Assembly: GCA_035433125.1 (NCBI GenBank)
Contig: DAORUG010000002.1
Coordinates: 1 to 51,950 of the forward strand
Origin: Flavobacterium sp.
GTDB taxonomy: Bacteria; Bacteroidota; Bacteroidia; Flavobacteriales; Flavobacteriaceae
Reading direction: 5' to 3'
Length of the DNA: 51,950 bases
Shown: positions 19,963-30,263 of the stretch, one piece after another
Layout: each line of letters begins with the position of its first letter
Numbering within the stretch: position 1 is the stretch's first letter
Translations under genes and position numbers: made by a program
The notes under the pieces: model-generated
Seen by the model: the letters and a program-made list of their open reading frames with translations, nothing else
What the model was told of the DNA's origin: nothing
Database searches by the model: none

Positions 19963-20465
19963 CGTCTATTCGGCTTAGTAAGATATATTATAATGATGCA
20001 AATAATTAAAGTAAAGACGGAGCTTAATAAAGTTCGAAGTAAAATGTCTAAGATTAAAGTAAATTTAAACGCTTCTAAAGTGAACAGAATTAAATGGTGA
20101 ATTACTACCGATAACAATAAAAAGGTAAATCTTTCGGGAGTAAGGACATCATTCAATTTGATGGTTTGATATTCATAACTTAATCCAAAAGCAAACTTGA
20201 AAAGGTAAGGACGATAATAGGCAAGAATTACACAGGCCGCCGTATGAAATCCTCCTGAATTGCTGAACATATCCATACAAAGACCAAGAAAAAAACTCGC
20301 TGCTAAAAGCCCGGATTTATTGCTATTTACAGGATATAATATTATAAAAAGAATATAGGGATAGGGGCTAATAAAGCCCAAAAAGTTCATATTATTAAAA
20401 ATAATAATTTGAACAGCCAGTAGCATTATAAAACGAAAAATATTTACGAATAAAGCACTATTCAT
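19959..20465 (-). CDS. mreD: Rod shape-determining protein MreD
   Basis: Hydrophobic 168 aa with GLCMDMFSNSGG, between mreC and mrdA with overlapping start/stop codons. Confidence 0.93.
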   Translation of the reverse strand: MNSALFVNIFRFIMLLAVQIIIFNNMNFLGFISPYPYILFIILYPVNSNKSGLLAASFFLGLCMDMFSNSGGFHTAACVILAYYRPYLFKFAFGLSYEYQTIKLNDVLTPERFTFLLLSVVIHHLILFTLEAFKFTLILDILLRTLLSSVFTLIICIIIIYLTKPNRR

Positions 20466-21285
20466 CTTTTTCTTTCTTTTTTTCTAAATTGATAATTTCG
20501 TCACGGTTTTTACTTTTGATGATATAAACGTGACCCAAATTTGTCATATCATTAAATAATTTAACGTCTATTTTATAGTAATTGGTTTCATTCTCATAAT
20601 AACGTTTACTAACAGTTCCAATATTGATATTTTCAGGAAATATTACTGATTGTCCGCCAGTTACAATAGTATCGCCTATTCTGATGGATGCTAATCTTGG
20701 AACATCTGTCAATTGTACAAAACCAGTGCTTTTGCCATCCCAAGTCAATGAACCGAAATGATTTGATTTTTTTAGTTTTGCGTTTATTTGAGATTTAACA
20801 TTCAAAATACTGATAACAGTAGCGTAGTTGTTGGAAGTGTTATCAATTATCCCTACAATTCCCAAACTATTAATAACACCCATATCGGATTTCACGCCTT
20901 GAAGACTGCCAGAATTAATAGTGAGATAATTTTCGTGGGTATTAAAAGTGTTGTGAATTACTTTCGAAACTATGATATCATTTTGATTTACTCCTTTCAG
21001 ACTGTCTAATTTTTTAATAGACGAAGTGTCTTTTGCATTGAATAGCAAGCTTCTCAACTTGGCATTTTCTTGAGCAAGCGCATCGTTTTGAGTTCTTAAA
21101 TTCAAATATTCACTAACATTATTGATTTTTTCATAGACTCCGCCACTCAAAAAATTGGCAGAACTGATAAGCTTACTTCGATGATACGAATGAGATTGAA
21201 TGGAAAGAAATAGCGAGATGCCTAAAAGCAGCAAAAACAGCAATCTATTACTGTTTTTATATATAAAATTAAATATTTGCTGCAT
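20458..21285 (-). CDS. mreC: Rod shape-determining protein MreC
   Basis: N-terminal TM, coiled coil (LAQENAKLR), DMGVI..GIVG, GDTIVTGG. Confidence 0.95.
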   Translation of the reverse strand: MQQIFNFIYKNSNRLLFLLLLGISLFLSIQSHSYHRSKLISSANFLSGGVYEKINNVSEYLNLRTQNDALAQENAKLRSLLFNAKDTSSIKKLDSLKGVNQNDIIVSKVIHNTFNTHENYLTINSGSLQGVKSDMGVINSLGIVGIIDNTSNNYATVISILNVKSQINAKLKKSNHFGSLTWDGKSTGFVQLTDVPRLASIRIGDTIVTGGQSVIFPENINIGTVSKRYYENETNYYKIDVKLFNDMTNLGHVYIIKSKNRDEIINLEKKKEKDE

Positions 21286-21344
21286 TTCTTAGCTGTAAAT
21301 TATATGTTGAAAATATACACTCGTCATTCTGAACTAAACATTTT

Positions 21345-22373
21345 TTATTTTATTAAAACACTTTTAAATCGAGCAAGATTTTTAAGTGCCATTCCTGTGC
21401 CTCGAACCACAGCTCTTAAAGGATCTTCGGCGATATAAACAGGTAAATCTGTTTTTTGTGAAATTCTTTTGTCAAGACCTCTCAACATCGATCCTCCACC
21501 GGCAAGATAAATCCCAGTGTTGTAAATATCCGCTGCCAATTCTGGTGGGGTTTGAGACAAGGTTTCCATAACAGCATCTTCAACACGTTGAATCGATTTG
21601 TCTAATGCTTTGGCGATTTCTCGGTAAGAAACTGATACTTGTTTTGGTTTTCCGGTCAATAAATCTCTACCTTGAACCGACATATCTTCTGGAGGCGTTT
21701 CTAAATCTTCGATAGCGGCTCCAACTTGAATTTTTATTTTTTCAGCAGTACTTTCTCCAACAAAAAGGTTGTGTTGCGTACGCATATAATACACAATATC
21801 ATTGGTGAAAACGTCACCCGCAATTTTAACCGATTTGTCGCAAACAATTCCGCCTAAAGCGATTACGGCAATTTCTGTTGTTCCACCACCGATATCAACA
21901 ATCATATTTCCTTTAGGTTGCATAATGTCAATTCCAATACCAATAGCTGCTGCCATAGGTTCGTGAATCAAATATACTTCTTTACCATTCACACGTTCGC
22001 ACGATTCTTTTACCGCTCTCATCTCCACTTCAGTAATTCCGGAAGGGATACAAACCACCATTCGTAATGCCGGAGTAAACATTCTTTTCTTCAAAGCAGG
22101 AATACTTTTGATAAGCATGCTTATCATTTTTTCGGAGGCATCAAAATCGGCAATTACACCATCTTTCAACGGCCTTATCGTTTTAATGTTTTCATGGGTT
22201 TTCCCTTGCATCATATTGGCTTCTTTACCAACAGCAATGATTTTTCCTGATACTCTATCGCGAGCAACAATCGAAGGGCTATCAATAACAACTTTATCAT
22301 TGTGGATGATTAAAGTGTTTGCGGTACCAAGGTCTATCGCAATATCCTCGGTCATGAAATCAAAAAATCCCAT
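21345..22373 (-). CDS. mreB: Actin-like MreB
   Basis: IAIDLGTANT, IRPLKDGVIADF, DIGGGTTE, LAGGGSML. Confidence 0.98.
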   Translation of the reverse strand: MGFFDFMTEDIAIDLGTANTLIIHNDKVVIDSPSIVARDRVSGKIIAVGKEANMMQGKTHENIKTIRPLKDGVIADFDASEKMISMLIKSIPALKKRMFTPALRMVVCIPSGITEVEMRAVKESCERVNGKEVYLIHEPMAAAIGIGIDIMQPKGNMIVDIGGGTTEIAVIALGGIVCDKSVKIAGDVFTNDIVYYMRTQHNLFVGESTAEKIKIQVGAAIEDLETPPEDMSVQGRDLLTGKPKQVSVSYREIAKALDKSIQRVEDAVMETLSQTPPELAADIYNTGIYLAGGGSMLRGLDKRISQKTDLPVYIAEDPLRAVVRGTGMALKNLARFKSVLIK

Positions 22374-22413
22374 AAGTTTAATAGGGTATAAAAATTTATA
22401 AAAAAATAATGTA

Positions 22414-22421
22414 CAAAGCTA
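22414..22421 (-). promoter_or_regulatory. -7 promoter box for the mre operon
   Basis: TAGCTTTG on minus strand, 40 nt upstream of mreB. Confidence 0.55.
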
Positions 22422-22427
22422 AACAAA

Positions 22428-23954
22428 TTAATGTTTGAAATGACGTGTTCCTGTAAATACCATTGCAACTTTATTTTCATTGCAATAATTGATGCTTAAT
22501 TCGTCTTTTATCGATCCTCCTGGTTGAATTACAGCTGTGATTCCAGCGTTCTTTGCAATTTCTACACAATCCGGAAAAGGGAAAAAAGCGTCACTCGCCA
22601 TCGAAGCACCTTCTAAGCTAAATCCAAATGTACGTGCTTTTTCAATAGCTTGCAACAAGGCATCTACTCTTGAGGTTTGTCCGGTTCCAGACGAAATCAA
22701 AGTGCCGTTTTTGGCAAAAACAATCGTATTCGATTTGGTGTTTTTACAAACTTTAGAGGCAAAAATCAAATCTTCTACTTCTTGTGCAGTTGGTGCTATT
22801 ACTGTAACGACTTTTAAGTCTGCTTTAGTATCTGTGATGTTGTTTCTTTCTTGAACTAAAATTCCGTTTAGGCAAGTTCGCACTTGTTTTTGAGGTAATT
22901 CTACTTCGTTTTGAATTAAGATGATTCTGTTTTTCTTTTCTTGTAAAATGGCAAGGGCAGCTTCGTCATAACTTGGGGCGATTACCACTTCGCAGAATAA
23001 CTTGTTGATTTCTAAAGCTGTGGCTACATCAATTTTTGTATTTGCAATCAAAACGCCACCAAAAGCAGAAGTTGGATCGCAAGCCAAAGCTACATTGTAA
23101 GCTTCGCTAATGGTTGGTCTTGTTGCCAATCCACAAGCGTTATTGTGTTTCAAGATGGCGAATGTTGGTCCGTCATTTTTGAATTCATTAATTAAATTTA
23201 CGGCTGCATCAACATCTAATAAATTATTATAGGACAATTCTTTTCCGTGAACTTTGTTGAACATAGCGTCAAAATCACCAAAGAAAAATCCTTTTTGGTG
23301 TGGGTTTTCTCCGTATCTTAAAACTTGTCCATTTTCAATACTAGTTTTGAAAATAGTTTCGTCGGTATTAAAATAATTGAAAATCGCTGTATCATAATGA
23401 GAAGAAACGTGGAATGCTTTTGTAGCAAACATTTTTCTGTCTTCTAATGTAGTTGCTCCATCTTGTGTACTTATCAGATCCAAAAGCAAAGGATATTCAG
23501 CAACCGATGGAATAATTACGGTATCCTTGAAATTTTTTGCTGCAGCACGAATCAACGAAATGCCACCAATATCAATTTTTTCGATAATATCTTCTTCGCT
23601 GGCTCCGGAAGCAACTGTTTTTTCGAAAGGATACAGGTCCACAATCACCAAATCGATTTGTGGAATGTCGTATTCCTTCATTTGTTGCACATCCCCTTCA
23701 TTGTCTTGACGGTTTAAGATTCCACCAAAAACTTTTGGATGCAACGTTTTTACTCTTCCGCCAAGAATGGATGGATAAGAAGTAACATCTTCTACGGGAA
23801 CAACTGGAATACCTAGGTTTTTAATAAATTCTTCAGTTCCTCCAGTGGAATAAAAGACTACATTTTGTTCGTGTAATTTTTTTATAATAGGTTCTAAACC
23901 TTCTTTTGAAAAGACAGAAATTAATGCGGATTGGATTGTTTTTGTTGTGCTCAT
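22428..23954 (-). CDS. purH: Bifunctional AICAR transformylase/IMP cyclohydrolase
   Basis: ALISV, STGGT, GGRVKTLHP, LRYGENPHQ, ASDAFFPF, TGTRHFKH; start MSTTKT at 23954 follows a TACTTTTG box at 23978-23985. Confidence 0.98.
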   Translation of the reverse strand: MSTTKTIQSALISVFSKEGLEPIIKKLHEQNVVFYSTGGTEEFIKNLGIPVVPVEDVTSYPSILGGRVKTLHPKVFGGILNRQDNEGDVQQMKEYDIPQIDLVIVDLYPFEKTVASGASEEDIIEKIDIGGISLIRAAAKNFKDTVIIPSVAEYPLLLDLISTQDGATTLEDRKMFATKAFHVSSHYDTAIFNYFNTDETIFKTSIENGQVLRYGENPHQKGFFFGDFDAMFNKVHGKELSYNNLLDVDAAVNLINEFKNDGPTFAILKHNNACGLATRPTISEAYNVALACDPTSAFGGVLIANTKIDVATALEINKLFCEVVIAPSYDEAALAILQEKKNRIILIQNEVELPQKQVRTCLNGILVQERNNITDTKADLKVVTVIAPTAQEVEDLIFASKVCKNTKSNTIVFAKNGTLISSGTGQTSRVDALLQAIEKARTFGFSLEGASMASDAFFPFPDCVEIAKNAGITAVIQPGGSIKDELSINYCNENKVAMVFTGTRHFKH

Positions 23955-24118
23955 TGTGTAGTTAGAATTTTGTGGTGCAAAAGTAGTTTTTTTGGTGATA
24001 AAATTCAAATCTATTTCTGTAACAATATTTTAAAAAAAGCTACTTATGAGTTATTGAATTTTCATTAGGATTATGAAGAAAATTTTTGGAATTTTACAAT
24101 AACACTAAACCCCGTTTT

Positions 24119-25366
24119 ATGCTAGTTTATTTTCGACTGTTATCTGAGAGTTTCCGTTTTGCGATGAATGCTTTACGAAACAATAAACTGCGTACATTAT
24201 TGTCGTTGCTTGGTGTAACCATTGGGATTTTTTCGATTATTGCAGTGCTCGCCGCCGTGGATTCATTGGATAGAAAAATTACTAAGGATTTGAGTTCTTT
24301 AGATAAAAACACTATTTATTTGATGAAAATGTCTTTTGGACCTTCAGAAATTCCGCAGTGGAAAAGAGAACAATTTCCGAATGTAAAATACGATGAATAC
24401 CTCTATATGAAAGGTGCAATGACCAACACCGATCAAATGGGATACCAAATATTTACCAAAAGCGAATCGATAAAATACGGCTCAAATACCGTTACCGATG
24501 TCAATGTCGTTCCCGTTTCGCACGAATTTATTGATATACAAGGGCTGGAATTCGAGGAAGGAAGATTTTACAGCGAGTCCGAAGCCAATTCTGCTGCACC
24601 CGTTGCGGTTATTGGAAATGATATTGCGAAATCCTTGTTTGAAGATGCCGATCCCATTGGAAAAAAAATCCGAATGTATGGACAACGCTTTACGGTTATT
24701 GGAGTTTTGAAAAAACAAGGTTCAGGAATGTTTGACAACAATGACAGTTCCGCTTTTATTCCGGTAAATTTCATCCGACAACGTTTTGGAGACAATAATA
24801 AAGGCTTAATTAATGTGATCATTTTTAAACCGGAAAAAGGGGTTGATATGGATGCTTATAAAGCTGAAATATCCCAAAAATTAAGAGCTTTTCGCGGTGT
24901 GAAAGCGGGAGAAATCGATAATTTCTTTATCAATGTTTTTTCTGGATTCACCGATTTCATCGACGGAATTATTTCTCAAATGAATGTTGTAGGGTGGATT
25001 ATCAGTGGATTTTCCTTGCTTGTAGGCGGTTTTGGAATTGCCAATATTATGTTTGTTTCGGTTAAAGAAAGAACCAATTTAATAGGAATCCAAAAATCTC
25101 TTGGAGCCAAAAACCGATTCATATTATTTCAATTCTTGTTTGAAGCCATTATTCTTTCGGTAATTGGTGGAATTATTGGTTTGTTGATGGTTTGGATTAT
25201 CGCCATGATTTTGACCAAAGCGTTGGAATTTGAATTTGTTTTAGGAATGGGTAACATTCTTTTAGGAACAGGACTTGCCGCAATAATTGGTTTGATTTCG
25301 GGAATTCTGCCTGCAATCGCCGCTTCTAATTTAGACCCTGTTGAAGCGATTAGAACGGGAATGTAA
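24119..25366 (+). CDS. MacB/FtsX-type ABC transporter permease (no adjacent ATPase)
   Basis: NKLRTLLSLLGVTIGI, LLVGGFGIANIMFVSVKERT, PA..A..LDPVEAIR. Confidence 0.92.
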   Translation: MLVYFRLLSESFRFAMNALRNNKLRTLLSLLGVTIGIFSIIAVLAAVDSLDRKITKDLSSLDKNTIYLMKMSFGPSEIPQWKREQFPNVKYDEYLYMKGAMTNTDQMGYQIFTKSESIKYGSNTVTDVNVVPVSHEFIDIQGLEFEEGRFYSESEANSAAPVAVIGNDIAKSLFEDADPIGKKIRMYGQRFTVIGVLKKQGSGMFDNNDSSAFIPVNFIRQRFGDNNKGLINVIIFKPEKGVDMDAYKAEISQKLRAFRGVKAGEIDNFFINVFSGFTDFIDGIISQMNVVGWIISGFSLLVGGFGIANIMFVSVKERTNLIGIQKSLGAKNRFILFQFLFEAIILSVIGGIIGLLMVWIIAMILTKALEFEFVLGMGNILLGTGLAAIIGLISGILPAIAASNLDPVEAIRTGM

Positions 25367-25380
25367 AGGAAAGTTTATGG

Positions 25381-25398
25381 TTCCGATAGCTATCGGAA
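25381..25398. repeat. Perfect 18-bp palindrome TTCCGATAGCTATCGGAA
   Basis: Read directly; lies between convergent genes. Confidence 0.8.
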
Positions 25399-25625
25399 GC
25401 TTTATTCAATTTATAGAATGTTCAGTTTCAGTGTTTCTTTTTTATCCTCCTAATCCAATTTATTTGTGTCTCTGAGTGCTAGAATAATTTGATTTAGACT
25501 CCTCCAGCGTGACAAATCAAGAATAAATTACTTTCCCATACTTGTTTAATTTCACAAAATTTGAAATACAGTTGCATTATTCCAAAACTGATGGACTAAG
25601 TTATATCAACTAATGATAAAACCTC

Positions 25626-28328
25626 TTAAAGATTATACTTTAAAGAAAAAATGATGTAACGGGGTTGAACTGTATATTGCGAGGTTCTGGTGGAAAATTG
25701 CGAGAAACTATCGTCATTTATAGATTTGGTATTCAAGAGATTGGTTCCGCTAATTTTATATTCGAACTTGCTGTTTTTCTTTTGGTAAATGAGGTTTGCA
25801 CTCAGAAAATCATATTGGTTGTTTACGGTTTTATTTGTGTTGTAATAGTGATAAAACTCATATTCAGCGGTGAAAGAAAAGCTATTTAGAAAATAATAAT
25901 CCAATCTAGCAAAGGGTTTGTCAGTGTAAAAAACAGAGTTATCATAATTATTGATAACAATATTGTACCCAATTTCTAAATTGGGCATATTTTTATAATT
26001 AGTCGAAGTTTTTAGCGTGTAGCTTTGGGTGAAACTTTCTTTGGTGGACAAAACTGTATTTTGAATATTGTTGAATAAAGACCAATTGATGTTTGCCGAA
26101 ACTGAGGCTTTGTAATTTTTTAAGAAAGAACGTCCATAAGAGCCACTCCCTGAAAGTGTTTCGTCTGCAAAATCCGAATTATATGGTGTCGAAGATTGAT
26201 TTACGCCATCGAAAAAAGCCTTTGTTTTGATAGCATTTATTCGTTTTGAATAATTCAGAAAGGCAGAAATATTTTCCAAATTAAACATATTGTATTTAAA
26301 ATAGCGCAAAGAATGTTGACGCGCCGTTGCATTTTCTAAGGTTCGACTTCCTTTACGTAAACTATTGTAATTCGAAAAAACAAAACCTTCAGCCAACTGA
26401 TTGATGTCGCTAAAATTATTGGTATACGAAAAATTATAAGTCAACGATTCCGCTTTTTTGATTTGATAAACCGCTAATAAATCAGGTAATACTCTTGTGA
26501 AATTTTGGTTGAAATCTGTGCCTAACTGCGTGTTCGTCATATCGTAACTATGCAAACTAACGCCAGGAGTAAAAGTAAATTTCCCTGTCAAAAACTTGTA
26601 ATGCAAGCCCAAAAAAGCATCATTGAATTTATAATTTACATCATTAATATTGACTTTATTGTCCAATTCGTTGACGTCATTGTTATCAAGAATTTGATAC
26701 ATATTGGAATTAAAGTTTTGGTCAGAGTTTGTATTTCCTAATGTAACATTGATATTGCTTTTGGCCGTAAGCATATAATAATAATCAATTTTAGCGTCGA
26801 TTTTGCTGGTTTTTACAAATCGGTTTTGGCTAATGTCATTTCTATTCTGACCAGGAATATAACCCACTAAATTAAAAGGTTGAGTTTTTAGATTTGCATT
26901 ATAAAAAGGATCTTCTTCTTGATACAAATGTTGCATTTCGACTGCGAAAATGTTTTTTTCACTCATCGTATAGAACAAGCTTAGGTTTTGATTGACTGAA
27001 ATGGGTTCTTGATTTTTAGTCGTATTGATTAATTCAGTTGTCGATGTATTATTGACAATCGATTCTCTGAGTAATGGAGCCTCTTCCTCTTGTTTAGAAA
27101 GTTTCGTTAAAATATCATAATCGAACTGAAAGTTTGTAGAAGGTTTGTACAACGAGCTGAGTTTGAACATTCCTAAATTGCTTTTTTGATGTGCCACCTC
27201 TTTGCGATTTTCAGTGGATTGAATTTCAGAAGAATTTGGGTCTAAAAAATTAGTCTGCGAAAGCGTTTCTACATCTGTAATCGATGAGGATAGAATTCCA
27301 AAACCACTTAAATTCCAAGCTTTATTGACATTATAAGAGAAATTGGCTGCTCCAAATTGGGTTTCGATTTCTTTGGCTCTATTGTTTCTTAAAAGCGAAA
27401 TTCCAAGGTCATTCGAAGAAACGTCAAAACTGGAACCTCCTTTTCTCATCATTCCTCTGAAACCGCCTGTGAGTTTAAAATAATCTTGAACCGTCATGGG
27501 CAACTCTCCGATATTATTGAAATTTGTAATCAGATTAATGCTGTATTTTGGGCTGTAATAAAACAACTTTGGATTAATAACATAACGAAAATCAGTATGA
27601 CCTACACCAATTCCACCAGTAATATCTCCAAACCAGAAATTCTTTTTTCCTGATTTTAATTTGATATTCATCGCCACGTTTTCATCATTATTTTCGACTC
27701 CTTTCAGAATCGAATTTTCGTTGAAATTTCGTAGGACTTGAATCTTATCGATGGCGTCAGCAGGGATATTTTTTACACCTAGTTTTGTATCTCCGTCAAA
27801 AAAATCTTTGCCTTCCACCATTAATTTAGTCACTTTTTTGCCTTCTACCTCAATCTCTCCATCAGCATTGACCTCGACTCCTGGTAATTTTTTGAGAACA
27901 TCTTCCAATTTTCTTTCCGTTCCCGATTTGAATGAATCGGCATTGTAAACAATAGTGTCACCTTTAATAGAAACTGGCATTTCGCGGATAATTTCTACGC
28001 CATCGAGTTCAACTGCGCCATCCTCTAAAACAACATTCTTAGTGATGCCCAAAGTAGTTGTAACGATATCAATTTCTTTGCTTTGCATGCCTAGAAAACT
28101 GATCTTAATACTGTAGCTTGTGTTGGGTTTTAAATTCAGAGCATATTTCCCTTTATCATTTGTTATGGCATACGAATCCATAGCTTTTGTTGCGTTGTTT
28201 ACAGCCATGACATTGACCATTTCAAGAGCAACATTTTTGTTGTCAGAGACGATTCCCTCTAACTTAACAGATTGAGAATAAGAAAGTGAGCTTATAGAAA
28301 ATAGAATAACAAGGAGAAAGTATTTCAT
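25626..28328 (-). CDS. Outer-membrane beta-barrel protein (TonB-receptor-like) with N-terminal carboxypeptidase-regulatory-like domain
   Basis: Signal peptide; GDTIVYNADSF, LEDVLKKLPGVEV, VEGKDFF plug-like region; C-terminal PRY..SLKYNL strand. Confidence 0.82.
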   Translation of the reverse strand: MKYFLLVILFSISSLSYSQSVKLEGIVSDNKNVALEMVNVMAVNNATKAMDSYAITNDKGKYALNLKPNTSYSIKISFLGMQSKEIDIVTTTLGITKNVVLEDGAVELDGVEIIREMPVSIKGDTIVYNADSFKSGTERKLEDVLKKLPGVEVNADGEIEVEGKKVTKLMVEGKDFFDGDTKLGVKNIPADAIDKIQVLRNFNENSILKGVENNDENVAMNIKLKSGKKNFWFGDITGGIGVGHTDFRYVINPKLFYYSPKYSINLITNFNNIGELPMTVQDYFKLTGGFRGMMRKGGSSFDVSSNDLGISLLRNNRAKEIETQFGAANFSYNVNKAWNLSGFGILSSSITDVETLSQTNFLDPNSSEIQSTENRKEVAHQKSNLGMFKLSSLYKPSTNFQFDYDILTKLSKQEEEAPLLRESIVNNTSTTELINTTKNQEPISVNQNLSLFYTMSEKNIFAVEMQHLYQEEDPFYNANLKTQPFNLVGYIPGQNRNDISQNRFVKTSKIDAKIDYYYMLTAKSNINVTLGNTNSDQNFNSNMYQILDNNDVNELDNKVNINDVNYKFNDAFLGLHYKFLTGKFTFTPGVSLHSYDMTNTQLGTDFNQNFTRVLPDLLAVYQIKKAESLTYNFSYTNNFSDINQLAEGFVFSNYNSLRKGSRTLENATARQHSLRYFKYNMFNLENISAFLNYSKRINAIKTKAFFDGVNQSSTPYNSDFADETLSGSGSYGRSFLKNYKASVSANINWSLFNNIQNTVLSTKESFTQSYTLKTSTNYKNMPNLEIGYNIVINNYDNSVFYTDKPFARLDYYFLNSFSFTAEYEFYHYYNTNKTVNNQYDFLSANLIYQKKNSKFEYKISGTNLLNTKSINDDSFSQFSTRTSQYTVQPRYIIFSLKYNL

Positions 28329-28373
28329 TGGGACGACTAAGTAAATTTAGAATTTTTAAAAGATAATTTAATC

Positions 28374-29291
28374 TTAGTTAGGTCCTCCCATTCGTATTTG
28401 TGTTCCACCATTGCCTCCACGACCCCGATTCATTTCGCGAAATTCTTCCATTTTTTTTACCACAATGTCATCATATTCAACTTGTGTGACTACTTTTCCT
28501 TTTGTCGAAGCTTTTATATCTGCTTTTTCCTTTGGATTTAAAACTACTTTAGAACATAAAATAACCGTTTTGCCATCATTAATTTCTAAAATCAACCCAG
28601 GAAGACCCCAATAATTTTCAGGACCTTGGTTTACTGGAACTTCTGGAGTGTACCAAGCGGTTACTACAACTTCTTTAGGGATATTCATTTCATCCATAAA
28701 GTTTGTTTTCTTAGTGGCATCAGCGGGTTTTGCTGTTGCATCCGTAGTTTTTTTGTTATCTTCTGGTCTTGGTCTAAAATTTCTAATATCAGTCTTGCTA
28801 ACTGGTCGAATAGCTGTAGCTTTGAAACAATTATAACCACCAATTACGCGGGTTTCGGCTTCCATCTTCCATTTTAAATTGGGTAAAGAATCTTTTATGA
28901 GAAACTCTTTGCCCATAAATTCTTTGTCTACTGTATATGATTTTTCTTTGATATTTTTATAAAACGTTCCGCCGCCTCCCATCATAGAGCCCATCATTCG
29001 CATTCCACCGCCGGGACCGCCTTGGGTTGGAGCATCTAGTTTTTCTTCTTCTTTGTAGATAGAAGCAGATTTATTGAAATTAAGAATGAATGTCTTTTCG
29101 AACATTTTTTTCATTCGCTCCTCGATGGTTTTTTGCATTTCGGGAGTGATGTCTTTATTTCCTTCTATACGAGCTTTGAAATCCGATGTGCTTGTTTTTG
29201 TCTCATAAACTGCCATTCCCTGAAATTCCTGAGCACGAAGACCTAAATACGAAGTGATTAAAAACACGAGTGCAAAAATAATTTTTGACAT
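28374..29291 (-). CDS. GLPGLI family protein
   Basis: AWYTPEVPVNQGPENYWGLPGLILE; IGGYNCFKATA; signal peptide. Confidence 0.95.
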   Translation of the reverse strand: MSKIIFALVFLITSYLGLRAQEFQGMAVYETKTSTSDFKARIEGNKDITPEMQKTIEERMKKMFEKTFILNFNKSASIYKEEEKLDAPTQGGPGGGMRMMGSMMGGGGTFYKNIKEKSYTVDKEFMGKEFLIKDSLPNLKWKMEAETRVIGGYNCFKATAIRPVSKTDIRNFRPRPEDNKKTTDATAKPADATKKTNFMDEMNIPKEVVVTAWYTPEVPVNQGPENYWGLPGLILEINDGKTVILCSKVVLNPKEKADIKASTKGKVVTQVEYDDIVVKKMEEFREMNRGRGGNGGTQIRMGGPN

Positions 29292-29468
29292 AAGTTTTGA
29301 TTTAAATTTTGTGTAAACAAATAGGACTAATTAAGAGCAATATTGTTACAGTAAAAATGTTAAGAATATTATAATAAGACAACTGAAATTTAAAATGGTT
29401 TAATGTACTTTAGCTTTAATTTGAAACATTCTTGTTAATGACCAACTCAGTGTTAAAAAATTCAATAA

Positions 29469-30263
29469 ATGTGTAAAAAAATACTACTTCTTTTTTTTGT
29501 TTTTCAACTCGCTTCGGTGATTGCCCAAGAACAGAAAATTGTCGCAAAACAAATCGAAATACTGCAAAAAGACATCGATGTTTTTGTGGGTTTTGATGGC
29601 ATGGGTAATATTTATTACATCAAGAACAATATTTTTTATAAAAAAAATGAGCAGGAATTGTGGCAGTACAAAAATGTTTCATTGGGAAAAATCACAAAAG
29701 TTGACTTCCAAAATCAATTGAAAATCCTTTTGTTTTATGAAAATTTCAATACCATACTACTTTTAGACAATCAATTGAATGAAACGCAAAAGATTAATTT
29801 CTCTGAAAATGAGATTCCAATAGTAGTTGATGCAACAGGAATTGCTTCTCAAAACAGGCTTTGGATTTATAATAGTTTGACTCAAGAAATTGGGCTTTTC
29901 GATTATTTAAAAAATACTTTTCAATCGATAACTCCTTCTTTTCGAGGAAATTTAAAACATTATGAATCTGATTTCAATACTTTTCAATGGATTGATGACA
30001 AATTGAATTGGTACACTTGCGATGTTTTTGGAAAAATCACAACAAAGGGGAAAGTATCTGATTATGACCAAATTCAATTTGGCACAAACCAAGAAATCTT
30101 TTTTTCGAAAGACGGAAAATTATTTCTACAAGATTTAAGTAAGGATACTATTTACACCATTGAAAATGTGGATAAGTCATTTAAAAATTTCTTCTACAAA
30201 GACCAAATTTTGTCTATTTTTACCGACCAAGGAATTACGAATTATAAAATCACAATACCATAA
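29469..30263 (+). CDS. Exported hypothetical protein, beta-rich
   Basis: 264-aa ORF with signal peptide; TAATG stop/start overlap with the kinase gene. Confidence 0.8.
   Translation: MCKKILLLFFVFQLASVIAQEQKIVAKQIEILQKDIDVFVGFDGMGNIYYIKNNIFYKKNEQELWQYKNVSLGKITKVDFQNQLKILLFYENFNTILLLDNQLNETQKINFSENEIPIVVDATGIASQNRLWIYNSLTQEIGLFDYLKNTFQSITPSFRGNLKHYESDFNTFQWIDDKLNWYTCDVFGKITTKGKVSDYDQIQFGTNQEIFFSKDGKLFLQDLSKDTIYTIENVDKSFKNFFYKDQILSIFTDQGITNYKITIP

Noticed and set aside
25490-25520. Possible REP remnant (GACTCCTCCAGCGTGACA)
   Set aside because: Too short and degenerate, with no partner arm
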